From NCBI GenBank assembly GCA_963843575.1, contig CAWJKZ010000015.1:32001-96000 (forward strand): a stretch of DNA of 64,000 nt, given 5' to 3'. Under the pieces are notes generated by a model. The model was not told the DNA's origin, searched no databases, and was given only the letters and a program-made list of their open reading frames with translations. Numbering within the stretch: position 1 is the stretch's first letter; each line of letters opens with the position of its first letter. The position numbers were made by a program, and so were the translations under genes. This document shows, in pieces, positions 10,558 to 20,166 of this stretch. The stretch is from an uncultured Acidobacteriota bacterium (GTDB taxonomy: Bacteria > Acidobacteriota > UBA6911).

Positions 10558-11172
10558 ATGAACACGGTAACGATGCGATTGAGTTTGGTTGTGGCCGTCT
10601 GCGTAGCGGTATCCCTATCTCTCTCAGGATGTGCATCTGCCCCCACGGCGGAAATCAATGCAGCCAAGGCGGCTATCACCGCAGCGCAGGCCGATGATGT
10701 CCGGACTTATGCTCCCGAGGCCCTGAAAGCTGCTGAAGACACCCTTGCCAAGGCGACCGGTGAAGTGCAGACCCAGGATGGCAAATTCGGACTTTCGCGC
10801 GACTACAAGGCTGCCTCCCAATTGCTGAAGCAGGTCAGCGACGCAGCAGCCCAAGCCCAAGCGGATGCCCAGGCTAACAAGGCCAAGACCAAATCCGAAG
10901 CCGAGGCTTTGATTGCTGGTTTGGCGACGCAGCTTGCCGATGCCAAGAAGGCTCTCGCCACCGCCCCAAAGGGGAAAGATACCAAGGCGGAGCTAGAAGC
11001 GCTTCAGAACGATCTGAAGAGCGCGGGCGAGGCTGCGACAGCGGCTTCCACGGCGATGACCCAGGAGAAGTTCATGGATGCCCTCGGCCAGGCCAAGACG
11101 GCGAAGGCGAAGGCCGATGGCGTTATCGAACAGGTTACAGCTGCGAAAGCGAAGATTAAGGGTCGCAGATAG
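10558..11172 (+). CDS. Ala/Lys-rich helical lipoprotein (DUF4398-like)
   Basis: AGGAG RBS, lipobox LSGC, YAPEAL..AE and RDYKAA motifs, coiled-coil composition. Confidence 0.8.
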   Translation: MNTVTMRLSLVVAVCVAVSLSLSGCASAPTAEINAAKAAITAAQADDVRTYAPEALKAAEDTLAKATGEVQTQDGKFGLSRDYKAASQLLKQVSDAAAQAQADAQANKAKTKSEAEALIAGLATQLADAKKALATAPKGKDTKAELEALQNDLKSAGEAATAASTAMTQEKFMDALGQAKTAKAKADGVIEQVTAAKAKIKGRR

Positions 11173-11197
11173 TTCCTTCGCAGTTTCGGGAAGGTAA

Positions 11198-12322
11198 ATG
11201 GCGTCTGAAATAAGGCGGGGAATCATCTGGGTATTCGTCGCCCTGATGGTCCTGATTCTTTGGGTGGCGGCGAATCGACTGTGGCTTTACACGGCACTGC
11301 GCAACCACCCCTGGCAGTTTGAGTCCTATGTCGACAACATGTCGGCGCGCTGTGCGGCAGATGCGGGAGCCTATGCATTTGCAGAGGAGTTGCGCGCTCT
11401 GGCCAGCCAGGCGCAAGAAGCAAGGCTTTGCCTGAACAGAGAAGACGAGAGATGGGTGGTTGGCCGCGATTACGCCCCCTGTTATCAGAAACTGGCAAGT
11501 TGCGCTTTGACTGCGCTCCAAGTCCGCCGAACCCAGGAGCAGCGGGCGCGAGACCAGAAAGCCCGTCTTAATGCCACGCTGAAACCACTTGAATCGGAAC
11601 TGGACAGCGATGCCCGCGCCAGGAGGGCAGGGATCAAGCTCGAGATCCGGAACCTCGCTCAGTCCCAGGCCAGGACTGAGATTGAGACAGCCCGCAACCT
11701 GATCGCGCTCGGCCAAACCGATTCTGCTCTCACTGCCGCCATGCGCGCCCGCGCCGCATGGGATCGGAGCGAAAACTCCATATCGGCTGATCTGGGTCGT
11801 TTTTATGATTCCGGGCATCGGGCCCAATGGGAAAACAGCGCGCAAGATCTGCTGCGCTGGACCAGGCGAACGGGGCGCGCGGCAATTCTCGTGGACAAGC
11901 TGGAGCATCGCTGCCTGCTGCTGGCCGCAGGACGCGTTGAGAGAGCTTATGTTGCCAACCTCGGCAGAAACTGGTATCGATCGAAGTTACAGGAGAACGA
12001 TGCTTCCACGCCCGAAGGGGAATACAGGATAAAGAGCAAGTTCCGCTCCGGCAGTTTTGGCTGGGCCTTGCTTCTGGACTATCCCAATGCCGCCGACCGG
12101 CAGCGTTTTAATGCGCTGAGAAAAATGGGGGTGATCTCGGCGCGCGCACGGATCGGAGGCAACATCGAGATTCACGGAGGCGGTCGGCGTAATTCGGACT
12201 GGACCGATGGCTGCGTCTCTCTGGAGAATCCCGAAATGGCCGGTCTGTACAGACGGGCGTATGTCGGCATGCCGGTAACGATCGTGGGTACAAGCAGTCT
12301 TGGAGCCTCGGTGAAAGAGTAG
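11198..12322 (+). CDS. L,D-transpeptidase (YkuD) family protein with N-terminal TM and helical domain
   Basis: ILVDKLEHR, TPEGEYRI, LDYPN, and IEIHGGG...WTDGCVSL catalytic His/Cys. Confidence 0.88.
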   Translation: MASEIRRGIIWVFVALMVLILWVAANRLWLYTALRNHPWQFESYVDNMSARCAADAGAYAFAEELRALASQAQEARLCLNREDERWVVGRDYAPCYQKLASCALTALQVRRTQEQRARDQKARLNATLKPLESELDSDARARRAGIKLEIRNLAQSQARTEIETARNLIALGQTDSALTAAMRARAAWDRSENSISADLGRFYDSGHRAQWENSAQDLLRWTRRTGRAAILVDKLEHRCLLLAAGRVERAYVANLGRNWYRSKLQENDASTPEGEYRIKSKFRSGSFGWALLLDYPNAADRQRFNALRKMGVISARARIGGNIEIHGGGRRNSDWTDGCVSLENPEMAGLYRRAYVGMPVTIVGTSSLGASVKE

Positions 12323-12329
12323 GGTTGTC

Positions 12330-13010
12330 ATGCCTGGTGCGGCACGGAAACTGGCGAGGATAAGTTGCGCATGCCTTGGATGCCTGGCTGCGATTGCCCT
12401 GCTGCAAGCCTGCTCGTCTTCAAATAGATCGGAGCAGACACAGGCCTCGCCAGCTGGCAAGGGTGGAACTGTAAGAGGGCACGGAGAGCGGGGTGCCCTG
12501 CGCGATCGAGCGCGAGCCCTGGAGAACAAAGTGCGCAAGCTGGAAGCCACCAGAGACCGTTTGTACCCCAGCGCGCCGGTTATCCTGGTCGATACCGCTC
12601 AAAGCCGCCTTAGCCTGGTGGCGGGATCCAGGGTGATTGCCGCGGGGACGTGCTCCACCGGTAACGGCATGGAATTGACCGACGGTGCCGGCAAACGCTC
12701 GTGGACTTTTGACACGCCCAGGGGATATTTCCGCGTTCTCGGCAAGGTGGCCAACCCGGTATGGTATCGGCCCGACTGGTCCTATGTTGAAGAAGGGGAG
12801 CCGATTCCTAAAGACCGTTCCAAGCGTGCCGAGGCGAATGTACTGGGGGATTATGCCCTTGCCTTCGGCAACGGCTTCTTTATACACGGCACTCTTTATA
12901 CCCGCCTGCTGGGCGCCAATGTGACCCACGGGTGCATTCGAATCGACGACGACCTGTTGAAGAAGGTCTTCCAGGTCGCGCAACCCGGGACCCCAATCTG
13001 GATCTACTGA
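12330..13010 (+). CDS. L,D-transpeptidase (YkuD) family lipoprotein
   Basis: Lipobox-like LQAC, FDTPRGYF, PVWYRPDW, IHGT...THGCIRI. Confidence 0.9.
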   Translation: MPGAARKLARISCACLGCLAAIALLQACSSSNRSEQTQASPAGKGGTVRGHGERGALRDRARALENKVRKLEATRDRLYPSAPVILVDTAQSRLSLVAGSRVIAAGTCSTGNGMELTDGAGKRSWTFDTPRGYFRVLGKVANPVWYRPDWSYVEEGEPIPKDRSKRAEANVLGDYALAFGNGFFIHGTLYTRLLGANVTHGCIRIDDDLLKKVFQVAQPGTPIWIY

Positions 13011-13011
13011 G

Positions 13012-13743
13012 ATGCCCCACACGGAAAACACGAAACCAGGAATCACGGCTTTCGTGCGGGTACGCGCATTGGCTCTGGCTGCGATTCTCGCAGGCTCGCT
13101 GGCGGTTTCCTGTCGTTCGCGCTCCGGGCAGCCATCCGAAAGTTCATCCGAAGACCAGAACATTCAGGAGCGGATCGCGACGCTGACCCGTCAAGAGCAG
13201 ATTCTATCGGCGGAAGTTTCAGTTGCGAAGGCCCCCACACCTTATCTCTCTGTTGACTTCCTGAGCGGGAAAATCGAATTGAGGGCTCAAGGCCGGACGT
13301 TGCGCAGCTTTCCCGTCGGCAAGATCAGCCGGTCGGGCGGGTCGCCGTCCGCGGCCCAGACTTGGGAGGAAACTGAAGCCAAGCCGCTGGAGCTTCCTGC
13401 GCGGGCCAAGGTGGTCCCGGGATCGGGAGAGGAGACCACATCATCCATCGCAAGCCAGAATCCCTGGGGACCGAAAAGGATGCCGTTGGACTATGATTTG
13501 GTCTGTAAAGAAAACCGCTTGGTTGGAGTCCGCTCGTTGCCGTCCGCGCAATCGCGCAGCCGTTTCACCCGCTGGATCATAGGCGGTTTTCGCCAGTTGC
13601 TCGACCGAGCCCGCAATGTACTTGGCGGAAGGAAATCGGCCTATCGGGAATCGCTCGAGATCTGGCTCTCCGAAGATCAGGCACAGCTGCTTTTCTGGTC
13701 TCTCCCCAAGCAGTTCAACATTCTGATCCTCAACGCCTCCTGA
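13012..13743 (+). CDS. Lipoprotein with degenerate YkuD-like fold
   Basis: Lipobox-like AVSC. YLSVDF..GKIELRAQGRTLRSFPV and C-terminal LSEDQAQLLFWSLP..FNILI parallel YkuD termini, but there is no HG..C motif. Confidence 0.6.
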   Translation: MPHTENTKPGITAFVRVRALALAAILAGSLAVSCRSRSGQPSESSSEDQNIQERIATLTRQEQILSAEVSVAKAPTPYLSVDFLSGKIELRAQGRTLRSFPVGKISRSGGSPSAAQTWEETEAKPLELPARAKVVPGSGEETTSSIASQNPWGPKRMPLDYDLVCKENRLVGVRSLPSAQSRSRFTRWIIGGFRQLLDRARNVLGGRKSAYRESLEIWLSEDQAQLLFWSLPKQFNILILNAS

Positions 13744-14206
13744 CTCTGAACGCCAGGAGCTCGAACACGGATTTGTCGTCGCCATGCTCGTTCATCTCGT
13801 GGGATTGCTCCTCACGGAGCCGCTTTACACGCCTCACTGCTGGCCGGAGGGACAGGAAGGGAAAACGGTGGCCTGAACGAGGTGCCGTTGGGAACGTGAT
13901 CTGTGCTGGAGCCTGTTCTCTCTTGTTTGTGGAACGACCCTACGCCCGCTCAAGAATGACTGTCAACGAAAAATGTAGTTGCCAGACAGCGCCCTGGGAG
14001 GGGGTGCTTCGCCCGGGGCGTAACCCGTGGCACCCCCGCCCCTGATCCAGCGCCAGCAAGGCAAATTAGTCGCGCAGGCGGCTCAGGTTGAATCATAGGA
14101 GAGCCTAGCGGGACGCGGTGATTGTGGTGGGTAAAGGAGGCGAATCATTGAGAAGAAAGGCGGGTGGTCGTTTGCTTCACATGAGACTATTCCCAGCACG
14201 TTTCGT

Positions 14207-15031
14207 TCAGGCCCGTCCCTTCCTGCTTATTATGGAGAGGGTGGAGGGGGTGGAGAGGGTTTCGAGCGGGGTGAAGCCGGCGGACGCGAGGATGTTCTGG
14301 AGATCGGTCGGGTAGAAATAGCGGATGCGCTCGCGGGTGACCACCGTACGCGAGCGCGAGCCGTTCGCGGCCATGACGGTGTAGGTGCGCTCCACGATAT
14401 TGACCTGTTTCGAGGGATTTTTCAGGATTTGTTTTTCTCTCTGAAGAACGGTGCCGTCGGCACGGGTCCTCCGGTAATCCAGATAGACGCAATCGTCGGA
14501 ACGCAGAAGCACGTCGGGATCAGGAAGAAACGTGTCCATCACGAACCTGCCCCCCGGCTTCAGATGCCTGGAGATACAGGCCAGAGCCGAGCGTTGCGCG
14601 CTTTCCTCCACCAGGTAGTTGAAGGCGGAAAAAGGGCAGATCACGAGCGAAAACACGGCACCGAGCTCGAATCCGCTCATGTCGGCGCAGTGCACCTGCA
14701 ACCGTGTCCTCTCCTGAGGATCCAGCACCGCATCGGCCTTCCTCCGCAGAGCTTCCAGCATGCGCGGCGAAACATCGAGGCCAACCACCCGGCATCCCGC
14801 CCTGACCAACGGCAGAGAGACCCGGCCCGTCCCGCATCCGAGTTCGAGCACGGGGCCCGAAGCCGCCAGGGCTTGGCTCGCGTAGAAGGCGATGTCGGCC
14901 CCTGGATTCGTCACCCCCATGTCGTCGTCGTAGAACTCTGAAATGGCGTCATAGACCCTGGCGGGGCTGTCGAAGGTTTGCTTCTCCCAGCAGCCTGTCA
15001 TATGCCTCCATAGATTTCCCGGCGGACGCAC
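14207..15031 (-). CDS. Class I SAM-dependent methyltransferase (start uncertain)
   Basis: VLELGCGTGRV, GLDVSPRML, HLKPGGRF. Confidence 0.88.
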   Translation of the reverse strand: MRPPGNLWRHMTGCWEKQTFDSPARVYDAISEFYDDDMGVTNPGADIAFYASQALAASGPVLELGCGTGRVSLPLVRAGCRVVGLDVSPRMLEALRRKADAVLDPQERTRLQVHCADMSGFELGAVFSLVICPFSAFNYLVEESAQRSALACISRHLKPGGRFVMDTFLPDPDVLLRSDDCVYLDYRRTRADGTVLQREKQILKNPSKQVNIVERTYTVMAANGSRSRTVVTRERIRYFYPTDLQNILASAGFTPLETLSTPSTLSIISRKGRA

Positions 15032-17156
15032 GCCACGAATGTCTCGCGAGATAGTCGGCGGGCGGCGGCTCTATCGACTTGCGGAGCGCGCCGTCCAGCA
15101 ATAGACGCTCGAGCGGCTCCAGGAAGTCGCGCGTGCCTTCGACGACGATCAGTGAAGGCGGACGGTCGGAGAGAAACCCGCGCGCCCCTTCCCTGGTCGA
15201 TACGCAGACGCGCCCCGCCGCCGCGGACTCCAGTAGTTTCACGCTCGAGCCCCGGATTCCCGAGACCGGGTTTATGGTCAGCGCACACCGCCTCAGGAAT
15301 GGCCGCGGATCCTCGCCGTAATCGTAAATGGTCACGCCCGGAACCCGAAATAAGTCGAGCTCCCGGTCTTCGCGTTCGGCCGCGCCGGCACCGGCCAGGA
15401 TCCACAACTCCGCCCCGGGGACGCGCCGCCGCAGTTGCGGGAACACGTCCCGCACGAACTCCGAGATTCCCTCGAAGTTCGGCATGTAACGAAAAGGCCC
15501 CGCAAAGAGAATCCCACGCCCGCCGTCCTCGGATGGAACGTATTCCATCTCCTCCATCCCGTTCGGCACCACCACGGGGCGCAGGCCCGGGACGAGCGCC
15601 GCATCCTCGTCCGAACACACAAACACACCGTCAAACCGCGACAGCTGATCCATCTCGCGCGCATCATCCGCATGCGAACCGTCCACCCCCAGGTTGACGT
15701 CGTGGAGGGTTATGGACCAGCTCCCACCGCCGCGCCTCATTGCGACCAGCCCGGCGAGCTCCGAGAACTCTATCTGCACGGCATCCGGCCGCACGGTGCC
15801 GATCAATCTCAGAAGCTCCTGCCGCAGCTGCGGGTGACAGTGCGCCTCACCCCGCGCGCTCCGCCCCGCCCCGGCGGGCACGGCCGCTCTCCCCCCAACC
15901 AGGTGAACAGCCGCCAGGTTCCCGAAGCGCTTCCCCGGCCCTCCCGCGAAGGCCTCGGCCTCGTCGCCGAGCAGGACCACGTTGTACCGTTCCGAAAGCG
16001 CCTCCACCAGACGGCACATTCGGACCGCGCCGCCGTGGGCCGGCGGATACATTGCGAACGGCGAGACCATCAGGACCACCGGACGCGCATTCAACGACGT
16101 CGCAGGCCGCAGGAAGTACTTCAGCTGTGCGAACCCGAGACACGAATCATCGAACGGCTGCAGGGCAGCGAACAATCGCGTCCGCAGGATCGCGGCCGCG
16201 TTCCGCTTGGATGTCAGCTGCAGCAAAGAAACGTCGTCCAGTTCTGCCGCGGCCGCATACACCCGTTCCATGGATCCCATCGTGTCCAGGTTGCGCAGGT
16301 GGAAAAGCAATCCATTGCGGCGGAACACCCGTTCGATCTCACGGTGGTCGTAATACCTCGAGATCGTTCCCCGCCGGGCATGCCATACCCTGGACGACGG
16401 GCAGAAGAGGGTCTCGTATCCCTGCCTCCATGCGAGAACACCCCACTCGACGTCCTCCCAGTAGAACGGCGCGTACGCGTCGCTCCACGCGACCAGGCGG
16501 CGCAAGAGGCGCGACTGAAACAGCGACGACCCGCCGCCCGCATAAACACCGCCGCGCACGCTGGTCTCGTCCTCCGGCGGCGTGTCGAGTATCTCGGCAA
16601 CTCCCTGAGGGCAGCGCAGCGCCGTCCACCCGGTTTCTTCGCGCCTGCGGGACGGATCCTGCGGCAGAATCTGCGAGGCGATGGAAAACACGTGCGGCGC
16701 CCGCCAGGGGAGAAGCTCGACGAGTGTCCGCCGCTCAACCACGACGTCGCTGTTGAGCAGATAGGCCCACGGGTGCCGCGCCGTGCTCATACCGCGGCGC
16801 ACGGCCTCGGAGAACGTCGCCGGGGCGGGATCAAAAATCCAGCGCACGTCCCCGAACCGTCGCGCCTCTTCCTGGTAGTCCTCCGGGTCCGAACCGTTGA
16901 CTACAACTATGGTCTCGAGCGGTTCCTCGATTTCCCTGGCAGCGCGTTCGAGCGATTCGAGGCAGGCACGCAAGAGCTTCGGGCTGCCGCGTTCCGGGAT
17001 GATCACCGAAACGCCCTGGCCGATCGATGACGGGAGCCTGATGCTTCGGGACCCGCGGCGCGACCGTATGTATGCGCCGACGCGATCGCAGAACGCCACT
17101 GCACCCTGCAACCGGAGCAACCTCGCCCTTTTCGTTGCTGCGGGCAGCGTGTTCAT
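14949..17156 (-). CDS. Fused GT2 + GT4 glycosyltransferase
   Basis: GT2: VSVIIP, LLNSDV, FYWEDVEWG. GT4: PPAHGGAVR, VVPNG, SGIRGSSVKLLESAAAG..VST. Start overlaps the upstream stop (ATGA). Confidence 0.88.
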   Translation of the reverse strand: MNTLPAATKRARLLRLQGAVAFCDRVGAYIRSRRGSRSIRLPSSIGQGVSVIIPERGSPKLLRACLESLERAAREIEEPLETIVVVNGSDPEDYQEEARRFGDVRWIFDPAPATFSEAVRRGMSTARHPWAYLLNSDVVVERRTLVELLPWRAPHVFSIASQILPQDPSRRREETGWTALRCPQGVAEILDTPPEDETSVRGGVYAGGGSSLFQSRLLRRLVAWSDAYAPFYWEDVEWGVLAWRQGYETLFCPSSRVWHARRGTISRYYDHREIERVFRRNGLLFHLRNLDTMGSMERVYAAAAELDDVSLLQLTSKRNAAAILRTRLFAALQPFDDSCLGFAQLKYFLRPATSLNARPVVLMVSPFAMYPPAHGGAVRMCRLVEALSERYNVVLLGDEAEAFAGGPGKRFGNLAAVHLVGGRAAVPAGAGRSARGEAHCHPQLRQELLRLIGTVRPDAVQIEFSELAGLVAMRRGGGSWSITLHDVNLGVDGSHADDAREMDQLSRFDGVFVCSDEDAALVPGLRPVVVPNGMEEMEYVPSEDGGRGILFAGPFRYMPNFEGISEFVRDVFPQLRRRVPGAELWILAGAGAAEREDRELDLFRVPGVTIYDYGEDPRPFLRRCALTINPVSGIRGSSVKLLESAAAGRVCVSTREGARGFLSDRPPSLIVVEGTRDFLEPLERLLLDGALRKSIEPPPADYLARHSWRASAGKSMEAYDRLLGEANLRQPRQGL

Positions 17157-18577
17157 CGGAGGACCTCGATCCCGAATAGCGCAAAGCCGAGTTCGCGGGC
17201 ATCGCCGCTCACGCCTGCGTGCGCCGGACGAAAGGTATCGTCGACCCTGAGACTCACGATCATCGGCCCGCTGCCCGCGTCGACCTCCACACACGTGTTG
17301 AATCGCAGCAGGCTGTCGGTCGGATTGACCACACGCCCGGCCGGTATGCCGTCGCAGCTGATTCCAAGTCCATTGGGCTGCTCATTGCCCGAAGGAGGCA
17401 AGGCTCCCCTGAGCACGAGACCGCCTCCGCGCGGGAGCAACAAGACACCCTCGCGCTTGCTCCAGAGTGTGCCCGCGCCATCCCTCGGGTGCCACCCGCG
17501 CAAGAACTGGGCGTTTTCCCAATCGGCAGCCGAGAGCTCGCGCGTCGACGCCGGGATCGGGCCCGGCACCTTCCACTCGCATGAGAGGCATGCCGGGTTC
17601 AGCCCCGAAACGAAAGCGCGCCTGAATTCGCGGTACGCGTCGCCCTGCCAGATAGAACGCAGGCTCTGGTCCCGCAGATTGCCCAGCACGAGCGCGTCCT
17701 GCACCTCGCACGGCACGACGTCGCCATTGGACAGGATGTGTACTGTGGTCCAGGGGTCCTGATCGCAGGTCCGTATCCGAGTGCCCGGCGTGACGGCGCC
17801 TGGAGCGGACGCGCCCGCACAGTCGATCTCGGGTCCGCACCGGATTTCGACAGACGGGAATGCCCCACGTGCCTTCGCCACCACCTCTCTCAGAGCCGTT
17901 CTGAATTCACCCCGCAGTACCCCGCGGTCGTCCCGTTCCGCCGCAAAGGCCGCGGGCGCCAGGCCGCGCCGGATGACCGGAAGCACCGTCACGAGCGTGA
18001 TCCCTTTGCGCCGTGCGAGGGAAACCACCGCCGGGAGGTCGCGCAGGTTGGCTTCCATTGCGACGAACGCGATTTCCAGCGCGGGCCGGCCAGTCCCGCA
18101 CTCTTCCCGCAGCGCGAGCAGCCGGTCGAGCCTGGAGAACAGCCGCTCGAGCGCCCCGCCGCCGTAAATCGCGGTCCACTCCCCCGCAGAAGCCGTGTGC
18201 AGCGAAATACCCAGGCGGTCCAATCCGGAGCGGACAACCGCCCGCAGCGTCTCCTCGTCGGCAGAGGCCAGCGAGGTCACGAGCTCCACGGGGGCACCCG
18301 TCTGCTTCGCCAGCCGGATCGCGTCAGCCAGCCGAGGGTAGTGGATCGACTCGCCCGAATAGTTCAGCCTGATACACTCCGGATGTTCCAGCGCGCCGAT
18401 CAATTCCTCCAGCAGCCCGAAATTCATGTGTTCGCCGTTTCCCCGGCGCGCGTGGCGGGAGCAGAACACGCAGGCGAACGGGCACTTCGACGTCAGTTCG
18501 ATCCAGAGCGTGATCGGCACCGAGGCGGCGGCGTAGTCGGCTTCCGGGCAGGCTGGATTCGGTTTCGCGGTCATCAT
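17153..18577 (-). CDS. Radical SAM protein with SPASM/Twitch domain and C-terminal beta domain
   Basis: ELTSKCPFACVFC, then C..PW....ILSNGDVVPC...LGNL..QSL..IW...CLSC. ATGA-coupled on both sides. Confidence 0.88.
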   Translation of the reverse strand: MMTAKPNPACPEADYAAASVPITLWIELTSKCPFACVFCSRHARRGNGEHMNFGLLEELIGALEHPECIRLNYSGESIHYPRLADAIRLAKQTGAPVELVTSLASADEETLRAVVRSGLDRLGISLHTASAGEWTAIYGGGALERLFSRLDRLLALREECGTGRPALEIAFVAMEANLRDLPAVVSLARRKGITLVTVLPVIRRGLAPAAFAAERDDRGVLRGEFRTALREVVAKARGAFPSVEIRCGPEIDCAGASAPGAVTPGTRIRTCDQDPWTTVHILSNGDVVPCEVQDALVLGNLRDQSLRSIWQGDAYREFRRAFVSGLNPACLSCEWKVPGPIPASTRELSAADWENAQFLRGWHPRDGAGTLWSKREGVLLLPRGGGLVLRGALPPSGNEQPNGLGISCDGIPAGRVVNPTDSLLRFNTCVEVDAGSGPMIVSLRVDDTFRPAHAGVSGDARELGFALFGIEVLR

Positions 18578-19599
18578 GCGAGGAACTCCATTTCTGCCCG
18601 CCCCGGGGTCTCCCCGCATTCGACCCGGTCCAGAAGTGTCAGCGCCTGATGGCTGAAGATCGCGCTCCACGTATTCCAGTGACGTGCTCCGCCGTATGGC
18701 ACTCTCCTGAACACGGGGGCGCCGTTTTCGTCCAGAAGGCCCAGGAGCGCTTCACGCGACCGGGTCATCGAGCGATGGCCGCCGGCTGGCAGGGGCACCA
18801 GGCAACCTGCCCGGAGCGTCTGCGCAAGGACGTCGGAACGCGCGCAATTCCCGACGCGCCGCAGGATCGCGGGGTACAGGGCGCCGGCGGCAGTCAGGCC
18901 GCCGTGATCGATTCCGCAGGCAAAACCCAGGACAAGTCCTTCGATGTGATACAGCAGAGGGTGGAGCTCATCGTCCGCAGGGTGTTCCCGGTAGTGATCG
19001 CGCCATCTGAAGTAAACGCGCGCCATCTCCTCGTGCAAGCGGGCGCCAGCGATCTCGCGCGGGATCCCCAGAATCGCCGCTGCGGGTTTCAGCTGGCAAG
19101 GGCCGGGCCGGGTCGACCATCGGGAGGGTAGGTCCCCAGTTTTTGCGTTACTGCGGGGGAGTACTGGCATCAGGGAGCCGTCGAAGGGGCAGAGCCGGGA
19201 ATACAGCCGCAACAACCGGTCGAGACACTCGTCGGCGAGCGCCCGCGGGATCCAGTCGCGGACGGCGGCAACGCCCCTGCACGCCATGGCCAAGTCGAAA
19301 GAAAAGAGTCCCCTGTTGCGCCAGTCCTGGGCTTTGCTGTTCAGATGATGGCGTGTCGTCAGCCCATCCCCGGCCTGGTACGAGAGCCAGGTCGCGGCAC
19401 GCAAAGCGCGCGTGGAAAGGTCAGGGGTGACGCCGCGCATCAAGCCCAGGAAAGCAAGCCACGTCAGGAAATAACCCGTCGCTTCGGGGTAGAGGTATTC
19501 CGGACCACAGACGCTGCTCGTGGAGCCGACCACGCCCCCGCAGTCGGGCCCTCGCTCGACCTGAACAGCGCTGAGAAGCCAATTCTCGAGCCTCTGCAT
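18574..19599 (-). CDS. Putative (alpha/alpha)-barrel protein (prenyltransferase / six-hairpin glycosidase-like)
   Basis: YPEATGYFLT, AATWL, FSFDLAMACRG, LHPLLYHIEGL, RSDVLAQ.LR, WSAIFSHQAL, resembling helical-toroid proteins in glycan loci. Fold is an inference. Confidence 0.6.
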   Translation of the reverse strand: MQRLENWLLSAVQVERGPDCGGVVGSTSSVCGPEYLYPEATGYFLTWLAFLGLMRGVTPDLSTRALRAATWLSYQAGDGLTTRHHLNSKAQDWRNRGLFSFDLAMACRGVAAVRDWIPRALADECLDRLLRLYSRLCPFDGSLMPVLPRSNAKTGDLPSRWSTRPGPCQLKPAAAILGIPREIAGARLHEEMARVYFRWRDHYREHPADDELHPLLYHIEGLVLGFACGIDHGGLTAAGALYPAILRRVGNCARSDVLAQTLRAGCLVPLPAGGHRSMTRSREALLGLLDENGAPVFRRVPYGGARHWNTWSAIFSHQALTLLDRVECGETPGRAEMEFLA

Positions 19600-19754
19600 C
19601 AAAACCCGGCGGCTCGGGGGAAACCGGGAGGGCGAGGCAGACAAACTTCCCCCCTCGGGCAAAGGGTTAGCGCCCTCATTCTATCGGATCTACAGGGTGT
19701 CGGATCCTGAAAATAGCAGAGCGTGATTTGTCTTTCCGGAAACCCCCTGCTCAT

Positions 19755-20110
19755 GTGATAGAAGGGAACGTGCGCACGCTCAACGACACGGCTGACTCTT
19801 ACCGCTTCTTCGACGCCACGCCGCACGCCGAGTTTCTCTATTCCTGCGTTCGGAGGACCATCGAGGAAGACCTGCCGCGCGAAACCGAATTGCTTGCCCG
19901 GTACGACCAATTTCGCGCGCGCATCGGGGCCATGGTCGACATGCCGGGGGGCGTACCTTGGAGCTTCTGTTTCGGTTTCTCCGGCAGAATGGCGGCCGTC
20001 TTTCCATGCGAGCCCGCGAGGGCGAACTGGCGGCAATGTCCGATAAAGAGGTTGCCTCCGCCGAACAGGCCTATGCCGACCTGTTTTCCCACCTGTCAAA
20101 CCGCTGGGAA
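19755..20110 (+). pseudogene. Fic-family protein C-terminal fragment
   Basis: GNVRTLNDTADSYRFFDATPHAEFLYSCV.RTIEEDLPRE..LL.RYDQFR..I..MVDMP, then a frameshift. No N-terminus. Confidence 0.65.
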
Positions 20111-20166
20111 TGACGGGATTTCTCCTTTGCCGCCCAGAGAGGTGCGGCGATTATTCCAGGTCTCAA

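Noticed and set aside
13743-14200. ncRNA or IS end in the intergenic gap
   Set aside because: GC hairpins and GACTGTCAACGAAAA were noted, but there is no partner end or recognisable RNA family.
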